A DNA stretch of 64,000 nt, taken from the NCBI GenBank assembly GCA_964474635.1, contig CAYYTT010000003.1, positions 20,017 to 84,016 on the forward strand, written 5' to 3'. The notes beneath the pieces are model-generated. The model saw only the letters and a program-made list of their open reading frames with translations, had not been told where the DNA came from and made no database searches. Every line of letters begins with the position of its first letter. Position 1 is the first letter of the stretch. The position numbers were made by a program, and so were the translations under genes. The DNA comes from an uncultured Alphaproteobacteria bacterium. Its GTDB lineage: Bacteria > Pseudomonadota > Alphaproteobacteria > JAJFIK01. Shown piece after piece: positions 46,774 through 56,421 of this stretch.

Positions 46774-49335
46774 ATGACCCTGTCCGATCTCGATTGCCTT
46801 TACAGGCCCCGGTCCCTCGCCGTCATCGGGGCGTCCGACCGGCCCGGGTCCATTTCCGGCACGGTAACCCAAAACATTTTGGAAGGCTTCGAAGGGCGCG
46901 TGCACCTGGTCAATCCGCACCGGGAGAGTGCCTTCGGCCGACCCTGCCTGCGAGATTTGAGCGATCTTGATGCGGACAAGGCGCCCGATGGCAAGGCGCC
47001 GGACCTCGCCGTCGTTGTCACGCCGGCGGACGCGGTGTTGCCGTCCGTGGACGCGGTGGCGCGGGCCGGTTTTCCCGCCGCCTTGGTCATCAGCGACCCG
47101 AGACGGGGCTCCAGGCGTGCCGTCGAATTGCGCCGGGCCCTTGACGAGATCGTCCAGGAGACCGGACTGCGCATCAACGGGCCCAACTGCCTCGGCATCG
47201 CGACACCGCAGATCGGCCTCAACGCCAGCATGTCGCGCATCAGGGCCCGCCCCGGGACCATCGCCTTTGTGGGCCAGTCGGCCACGGCCGCCGGCCCCAT
47301 CGTCGATTGGGCCGAGCCGCGGGGGCTTGGGTTTTCCCATGTGATTTCCCTGGGCGACATGGTCGATGTGGACTATGCGGATGTTCTCTTCTATCTCGCC
47401 GAAGAGCCCTCCACCAGGGTTATCGTTCTTTATGCGGAACGCCTTTCGGAGGCCCGGCGTTTCCTGTCGGCGGCCCGTCACGCAGCCCGGGGCAAGCCCG
47501 TCATCGTCCTGAAAGCCGGGGCCATGGCCCCGCGCCCCCTCGCGCTTGAGGCGGGACTTGAAGCCAAAGTTGAAGACGCACGCAGGCCGGACGGCCCGAC
47601 GCCGGACAGCGTCTATGACGCGGCCTTCCGGCGCGCCGGTATCCTGCGCGTGCGCACGCTCCATGACCTTTTTGATGCCATCGAGGCCCTGACCATGCGC
47701 CTGCCCGGCGATGCCCCGACAAGCCTGGGCAGCCGCCTTGCGATCATGGCCAATGGGGAAAGCATGGGCATGCTGGCCCTGGACAGTCTCTCGGCACGCG
47801 GGGGCACACCGGCCGTCCTGTCACCCGAAACGGTGGAGCGTCTGGCCGCCATCCTGCCGCCAGGCCGGCCGCGCTCCAATCCCGTCGACATTCTACCCGA
47901 TGCCACCGGGGAGCGTTTCGCCGAAGCCTTGAGCATTCTGATGGGCGACAAGGCCATCGACGCCATCTTGTGCCTGGCCGGCCCGACCGGCGTCGCCTCG
48001 GGCCTCGATATGGCCCAGGCCGTGGTGGACGTGGTGGAGACGGCGCGCCGGCATCCGGGCAAGCGGCGCCCCTGGATCGGCACATCCTGGCCCGGCGGCA
48101 CGGAGGCCCTGCCCGCCCGTCGCCTCTTCGCGGATGCCCATATCCCGACCTTCGACACGCCCTCGGACGCCATAGCGGTCTTCAGCGTTCTGAACGAGCA
48201 GCGCCGCGTGCAGGTGTCCTTGCGCGAAACCCCCGCCTCCGTCCCGGAAGCCTTCGATGTTCAGCCCGACCTGGCGCGCACCCGGCTGCGCCTTGCACGG
48301 GATCGTCGCCACACGGAGCTGAGCCTGATCGAGACAGCGACGGTCCTGTCCGCCTACGGACTGCTGCGCGATCCTCCAGCGATGATGGCCGCCGGTGACG
48401 CGCCCTCTCCCATTGCCTGGCGCATCGCCACGGCCTTCGATCCCGAGTTCGGGCCGGTGATCCGCTTCGGCCTCACAGGCCCCGTGGCCGGCCTCATCGA
48501 CCGGGAAGTCGTCGCCCTGCCGCCCCTCAACCAGACCCTGGCACGTGATGTGGTGCTGTCCCACCGGGCCGGTGCAGCCCTGTGCGGTCCTGAGGGCCAC
48601 CTCGCCGACGGGCTGACCCTCGATCACATCGCCCTTGCCCTCATGCAGGTCAGCCAAATGTTGATCGATCTTGAGGATCTGGCGGCGGTCACCCTCGATC
48701 CGGTGCGCCTGTGGCCCGGCGCGGTAGGCCTGCGATGGGGCAAGGCGCGGATCTTCGTGCGCGGCTCCGGCGCCCCTGCACGATCGGGCGCGCGCATGCT
48801 GGCGATCCAGCCCTATCCACGGGATCTGGAAACGGTCGTCACCTTGCGCGGTGGACGCGTGGGCCATCTGCGCCCCATCCGCTCTGAAGACGAGCCCGCC
48901 CTTGGTCAATTCCAGATGGCCCTCTCGGACGAGGACATCCGCCTGCGGTTCTTTCGTATGATCCGCAAGAATGACCACGCCTTTCTCGTCGCCCTGACCC
49001 AGATCGACTATGCCTGGCACATGGCCTTCGTGCTGACCGGCGACGGTTTGCCTGGGGACGCGGAGATCTTTGGCGTGGCCCGATTGATCCGCAGCGCCAA
49101 GGCCAATACGGGCGAATATGCCATCATCGTACGCTCGGACCTGAAAGGGCTCGGGATCGGCCGCCTTTTGATGGACCGACTGATCGACTATGCCCGATCC
49201 ATTGGGCTGGAGAGCATTTACGGCATCGTTCTGGCCGAAAATGGCGGCATGCTCGCGTTGAACCGCAAAATGGGCTTCACCGTCACGCGCGAGCCGGACG
49301 ACCCGGGCGTTCTCCGGGTGAGCCTCGCCCTGTGA
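46774..49335 (+). CDS. pat: Pat-type protein lysine acetyltransferase (NDP-forming acyl-CoA synthetase-like domain fused to C-terminal GNAT)
   Basis: ATG at 46774. CoA-binding/succinyl-CoA-synthetase-like N-terminal domains (SLAVIGASDRPGS). C-terminal GNAT (about residues 720-895). Confidence 0.8.
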   Translation: MTLSDLDCLYRPRSLAVIGASDRPGSISGTVTQNILEGFEGRVHLVNPHRESAFGRPCLRDLSDLDADKAPDGKAPDLAVVVTPADAVLPSVDAVARAGFPAALVISDPRRGSRRAVELRRALDEIVQETGLRINGPNCLGIATPQIGLNASMSRIRARPGTIAFVGQSATAAGPIVDWAEPRGLGFSHVISLGDMVDVDYADVLFYLAEEPSTRVIVLYAERLSEARRFLSAARHAARGKPVIVLKAGAMAPRPLALEAGLEAKVEDARRPDGPTPDSVYDAAFRRAGILRVRTLHDLFDAIEALTMRLPGDAPTSLGSRLAIMANGESMGMLALDSLSARGGTPAVLSPETVERLAAILPPGRPRSNPVDILPDATGERFAEALSILMGDKAIDAILCLAGPTGVASGLDMAQAVVDVVETARRHPGKRRPWIGTSWPGGTEALPARRLFADAHIPTFDTPSDAIAVFSVLNEQRRVQVSLRETPASVPEAFDVQPDLARTRLRLARDRRHTELSLIETATVLSAYGLLRDPPAMMAAGDAPSPIAWRIATAFDPEFGPVIRFGLTGPVAGLIDREVVALPPLNQTLARDVVLSHRAGAALCGPEGHLADGLTLDHIALALMQVSQMLIDLEDLAAVTLDPVRLWPGAVGLRWGKARIFVRGSGAPARSGARMLAIQPYPRDLETVVTLRGGRVGHLRPIRSEDEPALGQFQMALSDEDIRLRFFRMIRKNDHAFLVALTQIDYAWHMAFVLTGDGLPGDAEIFGVARLIRSAKANTGEYAIIVRSDLKGLGIGRLLMDRLIDYARSIGLESIYGIVLAENGGMLALNRKMGFTVTREPDDPGVLRVSLAL

Positions 49336-49596
49336 AGCCTCTGCGACCTTGTCATGGCCTTTCGCACGTGGACAAAAAAGCCTGGAGTTTCAAATGCACT
49401 GGGGTGATTTATCGACCGGCGCGATGCAAAAGGTTGCACGCCCCCCTGGACCGGCCCGCCACGGAATGCTTTAGATTACGCACTCGTAAGACATTTGATT
49501 TTGGGCGGCTTTCGCCTGTGCCCATGGGGATATGATGCCACCGGCGATCGGTGGCCCCCTCCGGGCGCCGCCTCCTCCCGACGAGGGCAAGGGTTT

Positions 49597-51438
49597 ATGG
49601 CGACATTTTCCCGAGACCCGTCTTCGGAGCGGGGCCTGATCGGATCGGTGGTGCGCTGGACCTGGCGGCGCGCGCCCTGGTCTGAAATCGCGCTGCCGGC
49701 GCGCTACCGCTCCGCGGCCACGCGTGAAGTCATCGCGCTCGCCAAGGATGATTTCATCATTCGTGCCCTCATCTGGGGATGCACCTTTTCATTCGTGTGC
49801 GTCACCGGTGCCCCGTCCCTGGCCATTGGCATCGTGCTGATCGCCGGCCTTTACGAACTTGCCTATGTGCCGGTCTGGGCGAACCTTGCGCGCCAAAGAC
49901 GACCCCGCCAGGACCTGATCTTGGTCATGCTGCTCCTCTACGGCGTCACGCAGATGGTGTATCTCAGCATCATCTGGATGGACGGCTCGGAGCTTGTCCA
50001 TGTGGTCGCCTATGTAATCACCACGACATCGATCTTCCGCGTCACGATCATGTATGGCTGGGATAATCTCTACGCGGCGGCGCTCAACCTGCCCCGGCTC
50101 GCGGTGATGTTCTGCTTCCCCCTGATCCCCACCTGGGACGGGTCCTACGTGACCAATGGCGAGATCGGCTGGTTCACCTTTGGCTGCATGTTCTACGCTG
50201 GCACTTTCATCATGGTGACCCTGCGCGCCGACCAGTCCCGGCGGCGCCTGTGGGAGTTGAATGCCCAGGCCCAGGCGCAGCGCCGCCGCGCGGAAGCGGC
50301 CAGTGAGGCGAAATCCCAGTTCCTCGCCGTGATGAGCCATGAGATCCGCAATCCCCTCAACGGCGTCCTTGGAATGGCCCAGGCCCTGAAACGGGACGAT
50401 CTGACAGCAGAGCAGCGCGGCAAGGTCACGACCATTATCGAGAGCGGTGAGGCCTTGCTCGGTGTCCTGAACGATGTGCTCGACCTGTCAAAGATCGAGG
50501 CGGGGCGCCTGGAAATCGTGCCGACCGATCAGGACCTGGGCGCGCTCCTGCGCCAGATCTGCCTGCTGTGGGAGCCGGCGGCCCGCGACAAGGGCCTGGC
50601 GCTCACCCTCACCCTCACGCCCGAGGAGCCTGGCACCTTCCGCTTTGATGCCCTGCGCGCGCGCCAGTGCCTCAACAATCTGCTCTCCAACGCCGTGAAA
50701 TTTTCCGAAAACGGCACGATTGCGGTGCGTGTGGACGTGCGCATGCTGGGCGCCCGGGAGGCGGAGGCCATCATTTGCGTTCGCGATGAGGGCATCGGCA
50801 TGGCACCAGAGACCCTCGCCAAGCTGTTCACGCCCTTCACCCAGGCCGACGGCGGCACCGCGCGGCGCTTCGGGGGCACGGGACTGGGGCTGTCGGTCAG
50901 CCGGACCTTGGCCCGCAAGATGGGCGGCGATGTCACCGTGACGAGCCAGCCCGGCGCCGGGTCCACCTTCGTCCTGTCGTTCCGCGCCGCGCCGGTCTCG
51001 CGCGCCGTCGAGCCAGAAACGCCGGCCGAGGCCACTATTCCGGAAGACCTGCGCCGCCAAATCCGCCGGATCCTCCTTGTCGATGACATGTCGCCTAACC
51101 GGGATCTGGCCAAACTGTTCCTGGAGGATTTCGAGGCGGAATTCACCGAAGCAACAAACGGCCAGGAGGCCCTGGAGCGCCTGGGCGAAAGCGAATTCGA
51201 TCTTGTCCTGATGGATATGCACATGCCCGTCAAGGACGGCGCCAGCGCCATTCGGGATCTGCGCCGCCTGGACGCCCCCAGCCAAAACGTCCCCGTCATC
51301 GCCCTCACCGCCGACGCCATGGCCGGGGATCAGGACCGCTTTATCGCCCTGGGCTTTGACGGCTACGTGTCAAAACCCATGAATGCCGAAAAGCTGATCG
51401 CGGAAATTCTGCGCGTGCGCGCCCGCGTAGCAGTGTGA
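49597..51438 (+). CDS. hybrid sensor histidine kinase / response regulator, membrane-anchored
   Basis: N-terminal TM helices. HisKA H-box [10 protein letters not shown]. HATPase G-boxes. C-terminal REC ([10 protein letters not shown]). ATG at 49597; an upstream in-frame start at 49495 is possible. Confidence 0.8.
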   Translation: MATFSRDPSSERGLIGSVVRWTWRRAPWSEIALPARYRSAATREVIALAKDDFIIRALIWGCTFSFVCVTGAPSLAIGIVLIAGLYELAYVPVWANLARQRRPRQDLILVMLLLYGVTQMVYLSIIWMDGSELVHVVAYVITTTSIFRVTIMYGWDNLYAAALNLPRLAVMFCFPLIPTWDGSYVTNGEIGWFTFGCMFYAGTFIMVTLRADQSRRRLWELNAQAQAQRRRAEAASEAKSQFLAVMSHEIRNPLNGVLGMAQALKRDDLTAEQRGKVTTIIESGEALLGVLNDVLDLSKIEAGRLEIVPTDQDLGALLRQICLLWEPAARDKGLALTLTLTPEEPGTFRFDALRARQCLNNLLSNAVKFSENGTIAVRVDVRMLGAREAEAIICVRDEGIGMAPETLAKLFTPFTQADGGTARRFGGTGLGLSVSRTLARKMGGDVTVTSQPGAGSTFVLSFRAAPVSRAVEPETPAEATIPEDLRRQIRRILLVDDMSPNRDLAKLFLEDFEAEFTEATNGQEALERLGESEFDLVLMDMHMPVKDGASAIRDLRRLDAPSQNVPVIALTADAMAGDQDRFIALGFDGYVSKPMNAEKLIAEILRVRARVAV

Positions 51439-51509
51439 TGGCATTGCCCGTACCGGCGTGACCGGCTGCAATAGTTGGCCTTGGTCGTGGTGCGGAGTGT
51501 TTTTCAAAG

Positions 51510-52298
51510 ATGTTCGATAGATCCACTGCTCAGTTTTGGTCTCCAACTCGGCACGAAAACGATCCAGCGCGGTTTTCCTTGACTGCCAAACCCGCAGGCT
51601 GTGTCGGCCCGAAGGATGGCCAGTTCCTGATGGGCGGCGTTGCCATGGCGGCCGCTATCGAAGCCCTGGAGCACTGGTCAGGCAAACCGCTCCTGTGGGC
51701 GAGCATCCAATTCCTCACTCAAGGTCTACTTGGCGATAAACTTGAGATTGCCGTGGACCGTATCGGCGGAGGACGCAGCGTCCTCCAGGCCAGCGCGCAG
51801 GTCACCCGTGGCGGCGCGCCCCTTCAGCATGTAATGGCAGCGCTTGGCACCCGTGGTCGGGCGCACGATCGTCAATTCACGGCAATGCCGGACGTTCCAG
51901 CACCCGATCACTGTCCGCTTAAGGACGATAACGCTCTTGGTCTGCCCGGGAACTTACTCGAACAGTTCGAACGGCGGACAGCCCTTGAGGACGAGGAGAC
52001 GGGCACAGAGTGCATGTGGATCAGGCCCGTGTTCGACGCCGATGTGACGGCCCCTCTGCTTGCGCTCATGTCGGATTTTTTTCTTGGGGCCCATGAACGC
52101 AGTCGCGGGGGGACAAGTCTCGACAACACGTTTCGTCTGTGCGCCCTGAAACCGACCGGCTGGATTTTGTCCGTAACGCAGCTTTCAAGCTTCACGAACG
52201 GCGCGGTCCATGGGGTGCAGCATCACTTCGGCGAGGACGGGACGCTTCTGGCGACATCGAGCCAAACGGGCCTGCTGCCAAAGCACATTTCGGCATAG
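51510..52298 (+). CDS. acyl-CoA thioesterase II-like (double hot-dog)
   Basis: ATG at 51510. TesB-like pattern. Confidence 0.7.
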   Translation: MFDRSTAQFWSPTRHENDPARFSLTAKPAGCVGPKDGQFLMGGVAMAAAIEALEHWSGKPLLWASIQFLTQGLLGDKLEIAVDRIGGGRSVLQASAQVTRGGAPLQHVMAALGTRGRAHDRQFTAMPDVPAPDHCPLKDDNALGLPGNLLEQFERRTALEDEETGTECMWIRPVFDADVTAPLLALMSDFFLGAHERSRGGTSLDNTFRLCALKPTGWILSVTQLSSFTNGAVHGVQHHFGEDGTLLATSSQTGLLPKHISA

Positions 52299-52539
52299 TC
52301 CCGCGCTCCAGGTAGCCTGTCGATGCGCGGCCGGCAAAGAGGCGTGAAGCGAATAGTCCGCATCACGCTCAAGCGCCAGACCATGGCGCCAGACCATGGC
52401 CCCAGATCATGACTTACGCCTGTCGGCTCTCACAACGCCGCCCCCGGGACGACGCCGCCCTTTGGCCGCGTCAACGGCACAGGCGGGAGCGGCGTGGCAC
52501 AGGATATGGCGTCGTCCGGACTTTTCGCCCATCGCCGCG

Positions 52540-52899
52540 TCAGGCGGCGACCATGCGGTCCACTTCCTGGACAAGGTCGCGCAGGTGGAAGGGCTTGGAG
52601 AGCACCTTGGCGTCCTTGGGGGCGTTGCTGTCCGGGTTGAGCGCAACGGCGGCAAAGCCCGTAATGAACATGATCTTCAGGCTGGGATCGAGTTCGGCCG
52701 CGCGTCGCGCCAATTCGATGCCGTCCATGACCGGCATGACGATGTCGGTCAGCAAAAGGTCGTACATGGTCTGTTCGAGGGCTTCGAGCGCCTCGTCCCC
52801 TTGACCATAATCCGTGACCCAATGACCGGCCTTCTCCAAGGCGGATTTCAGAAACCGCCGCATGGCGTCATCGTCTTCGGCAAGCAGTATCTTAGCCAT
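52540..52899 (-). CDS. single-domain response regulator (CheY-like receiver)
   Basis: ATG at 52899. DD ... D(phospho-acceptor in LLLTDIVMP) ... T ... K receiver residues, 119 aa. Confidence 0.8.
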   Translation of the reverse strand: MAKILLAEDDDAMRRFLKSALEKAGHWVTDYGQGDEALEALEQTMYDLLLTDIVMPVMDGIELARRAAELDPSLKIMFITGFAAVALNPDSNAPKDAKVLSKPFHLRDLVQEVDRMVAA

Positions 52900-53525
52900 C
52901 CATTCCCCACCTAGCGTGTCCGCACCTGGATTGTCAGCCCCCTTGCATATCGCACCGGCGGCCACCTCATACTCGCGTCCCGTTTCGAAACACGCACCCC
53001 AAGCGCCGATCACGACTCAATCATGCCTGCGTGCGTCTCGGGATGCCACGATTTTAACGCCGCCCGCAGCCCCCCTCGCGGGAGAGCGACCCGGCGCCGC
53101 GACGGCTTCACCATGACGGCGCAATCGTAAAGGTGGGCTGAACCTTGATCGCGTTGCGCCGGATTGGGGCCGAATTGCAAAATGGCAAGCGGTCTAGCTC
53201 CCATGGGCGCGGCCCGCCCCAGCGGGGCTGGCCCGCCGCCTCCTTCCGCGCGGTTGATCCGCGCGGGGGGCAATGGTCCACTGGGTTAACGCAGTCCTGC
53301 GCTCCCACGCCATCGCAACACCGCCCCATTCGGGCGGCCGCGGCAGCGGACATGGTGCAGGATAGGGAATTTCTCGCACTCCTATGGTCCGCGCCCATGT
53401 TCGACGCCCTGGCCCCTGCCCTTGATCCGCAGCCCGGCCCCGCTCCCGCGCGGCACCCGGCCCGTGCGATCCCGCGCCTTGATGCCGCGTATCCACAAGC
53501 CAGCCTGCCGGCCGGCTTTGAGCCC

Positions 53526-54404
53526 ATGGCGCGGTTCGAAAGGCCCTTGTGCACCGAAGGCGAGGCCGCCGTGCCCTTCGTGTTCGCATCGCCCCATTCG
53601 GGCCGGATCTATCCTGACGGCTTTTTGAATGCCTCTCGGCTCGATCCCATCACGCTGCGCCAATCCGAGGATGCCTTTGTCGACGACCTGTTCGCCGCGG
53701 CGCCCCAACACGGCGCGGCGTTCCTGAAGGCCCATTTCCCCCGGGCGTTTGTCGATGTGAATCGGGAACCCTGGGAACTTGACCCGTCCATGTTCGCCGA
53801 GCCGCTGCCGGCCTGGTGCAACACGCGCTCAATCAAAGTGGTGGCGGGCCTCGGCACGCTTGCCCGCGTGATCCGGGACGGCAAGGACATTTATGCAAGC
53901 CGTCTGGCCCTTGCCGAGGCGGAGCATCGCATCGCGTCCCTCTACATGCCCTATCACCGGACCCTTGAGGATCTGCTTGACGGCGCCATGGCGTCCTTTG
54001 GCTGCGCGGTGCTGGTGGACTGCCATTCCATGCCCTCCGTTGGCGGGCCCATGGACCGGGACCGGGGCACAAGCCGGTGCGATTTCGTGCTCGGAGACCG
54101 GTACGGGACGGCCTGTTCGCCTCTGCTCACCCGGATTGCCGCGGAGACCTTGCGCTCCATGGGCTACCGGGTTGGCCGTAATGCGCCCTACGCTGGCGGA
54201 TTTTGCACCTTGCGCCATGGGGCCCCGAGCCGGGGTCGCCACGCCCTGCAGATCGAAGTCAATCGCGGCCTCTATATGGACGAGGCCACGCTGACCCCGC
54301 GCCCGGACTTTCCAACGATTGCCGCGGATCTGGGACGCCTGATTGCCCGCCTGACCGCCATCGCCCCGGAAATGCTGCGCTGCCCACCGACCTACGGCGC
54401 GTGA
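53526..54404 (+). CDS. N-formylglutamate amidohydrolase family protein
   Basis: FGase-like core. Start uncertain: ATG at 53526, 53397 or 53352, with a Pro-rich N-terminal extension if the longer starts are used. Confidence 0.6.
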   Translation: MARFERPLCTEGEAAVPFVFASPHSGRIYPDGFLNASRLDPITLRQSEDAFVDDLFAAAPQHGAAFLKAHFPRAFVDVNREPWELDPSMFAEPLPAWCNTRSIKVVAGLGTLARVIRDGKDIYASRLALAEAEHRIASLYMPYHRTLEDLLDGAMASFGCAVLVDCHSMPSVGGPMDRDRGTSRCDFVLGDRYGTACSPLLTRIAAETLRSMGYRVGRNAPYAGGFCTLRHGAPSRGRHALQIEVNRGLYMDEATLTPRPDFPTIAADLGRLIARLTAIAPEMLRCPPTYGA

Positions 54405-54600
54405 CCCGACAACCCTGAACGCATAATGGGCTTAAAGCACGCCCTAAAACGCGAGCAAAAGCCTGATAACGACTTGCAATATCATTTAAAGCCTTAGACG
54501 TGGATTTACAACGCCTTATTGACCAGCCGCATGAGACGCGGTGGGTGTACTTCTCTTTCGACAAAGCTTTAAACGCGAGGTTTTCGCGCCACAGTCGCAG

Positions 54601-54630
54601 GAAAAAAAAAGGCCGCCTTGCGGCGGCCTG
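54601..54630 (-). terminator. terminator-like GC hairpin with a 9-nt T-run on the minus strand
   Basis: Plus strand reads a9-ggccgcc-ttgc-ggcggcc. On the minus strand this is a hairpin followed by TTTTTTTTT. No annotated minus-strand gene upstream of it. Confidence 0.4.
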
Positions 54631-54957
54631 AGTCTAGGGAGGAAACGCCCAAGAAGGGCTGTGCAGCGCGACCGAAGCCGTACTGCACCGCAGCATAGTG
54701 CCAGCGACCTTGGAGCTTGGCAAGCGCCAATCTGCACGAGAGCCTTGACAATTGCGCATGCCTCGAATGCATAGAGCTGCTCATGTTTTGGATCCACATC
54801 CGCTCTCGCCCATGTAAGAACGGACATCCTGCCGGATTCCCATTTTTCGTTAAGCCGAATCGGTGAGAGTAGGGAGCGTCTCCTGGACGCCTACCCCCGG
54901 GGTCGCACTACGGGGAGAGGTAATGGGTCGGTCGCCGCGGGACGCGAGGTTATCGTT

Positions 54958-55821
54958 ATGCCGAAGAACACGGCTATGAGGGTGTGCTATCGCGCACTTG
55001 GATTTGCTGCCTGCTTTGTCGGGCTGGGCCTTGGGCGCCCGGACACGGGCATTGCGGCTGTCGGGCTGGCTCTTGATCCAGCATCACCGGATTGGCAGGT
55101 CTGCCGGGCGGCCGCGCGCGACGTGGGCCGCTCCATGAACATTCCGGACCACCTGCTTGCCGCCGTTTCCGTCACCGAAACCGGGATCCAACCCAAGGGC
55201 CACAAACATACAAGCCCCTGGCCCTGGACAATCAATGTGAACGGACGGGGCATGCGCTTCTCGACCAAGGAGGAGGCAGTGCGCAATGTGCGCCGCCTGC
55301 GCCAGGATGGTCATGCGAGCATCGACGTGGGGTGCATGCAGGTGAACCTGAAATATCACCCTCGGGCCTTCACCGGCCTTGAGGAAGCCTTCGACCCGCT
55401 TGCCAATGTCACGTATGCGGCCCGGTTCCTGACGCGTCTGCGGGCCCGCCATGGGGAGTGGCGCGCCGCCGTGCGTCGATATCATTCTTATGAACGGGTC
55501 CATCACACACTTTATGGCGAGAAGGTCGACACGGCCTGGGCCCGGGAGCGCGAACGCGCCCGCTCCGAGCCCTTTGGCCAGCATCGTCCGGTCGCCCTGG
55601 CGAGTGTGATGCCTCTGGCCGCCATCGCCGCGGCGCCGCCGGTTCCCATTCCCCTCATCGAGCGGGCCGGCCCCGATCCCTTATCCGCACGCCGCATCAT
55701 CCGGGTGCCCTCGCCGACCATGCAAATCTCAACAAAGCTCGCCCGCGCTCCGCGTCTTCGCGTGGGAACGCCTCTGCCGCTGCCCCGCCCCATGCCCGCC
55801 GTCCGGCCCCATGCCCGTTGA
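54958..55821 (+). CDS. lytic transglycosylase (SLT domain) with Pro-rich C-terminal tail
   Basis: ATG at 54958. Signal/anchor. SLT catalytic region (VSVTETG...). C-terminal low-complexity. Confidence 0.75.
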   Translation: MPKNTAMRVCYRALGFAACFVGLGLGRPDTGIAAVGLALDPASPDWQVCRAAARDVGRSMNIPDHLLAAVSVTETGIQPKGHKHTSPWPWTINVNGRGMRFSTKEEAVRNVRRLRQDGHASIDVGCMQVNLKYHPRAFTGLEEAFDPLANVTYAARFLTRLRARHGEWRAAVRRYHSYERVHHTLYGEKVDTAWARERERARSEPFGQHRPVALASVMPLAAIAAAPPVPIPLIERAGPDPLSARRIIRVPSPTMQISTKLARAPRLRVGTPLPLPRPMPAVRPHAR

Positions 55822-56421
55822 GGCGCCAATCCCCTGAGGGCACCAATCCCCCGACGGCACCAGTCCCCCGATGGTTTCGGGTCTCTGGCTCGATTTTCGG
55901 TGACGCGCACAAGAGTGCCGCGGTCCGATGATGCCTCATAGCCGTATGACTTGAAGTTATGACATGACGTCGGGGTGCTGGCCCGTCATCCAAGCCGCCT
56001 TTTTGATTTCAGCCTTGGCGATGTCCGCATGGGCGCATCCCTGGCCCGCGTCTTTGTGAAAAACGCCGGACTTGAATGACTTGGCGGGGCGGACCATCAC
56101 TGACAGACTCACGAGGAGTTGCCGTCCGCGCGGACGGGACCGCCCTTTCGCTCTTGAAGAGACGGGCCCGGATTCGGGTCGCACGCAGATGGCCCATCGT
56201 TCGGCACCCACCAGCAGTTTTCGCACCGGCCCCCTCTTTCCAGGTGCTGATCGACGTGTTGAGCGCCGGGCGTCTCATCCGCCGGGGACGAGTGCATCCG
56301 CACCGACGGGACGCAAGCCAGTCGCTGGGAGCGCCAAAATCAAGACCACCGCCGCGCATTGCCGGATTTGGGTCCTCCCCCCTGTCCCACGCCATGCTCT
56401 CAAGAAGCCCGTGGGGGCGCC

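Noticed and set aside
47893-49020. 375-aa minus-strand ORF inside the Pat gene
   Set aside because: Antisense shadow.
54541-54827. Small ORFs (76-103 aa, both strands) in the 54405-54957 spacer
   Set aside because: No RBS, odd composition and overlapping each other. The region is more plausibly RNA-coding or regulatory.
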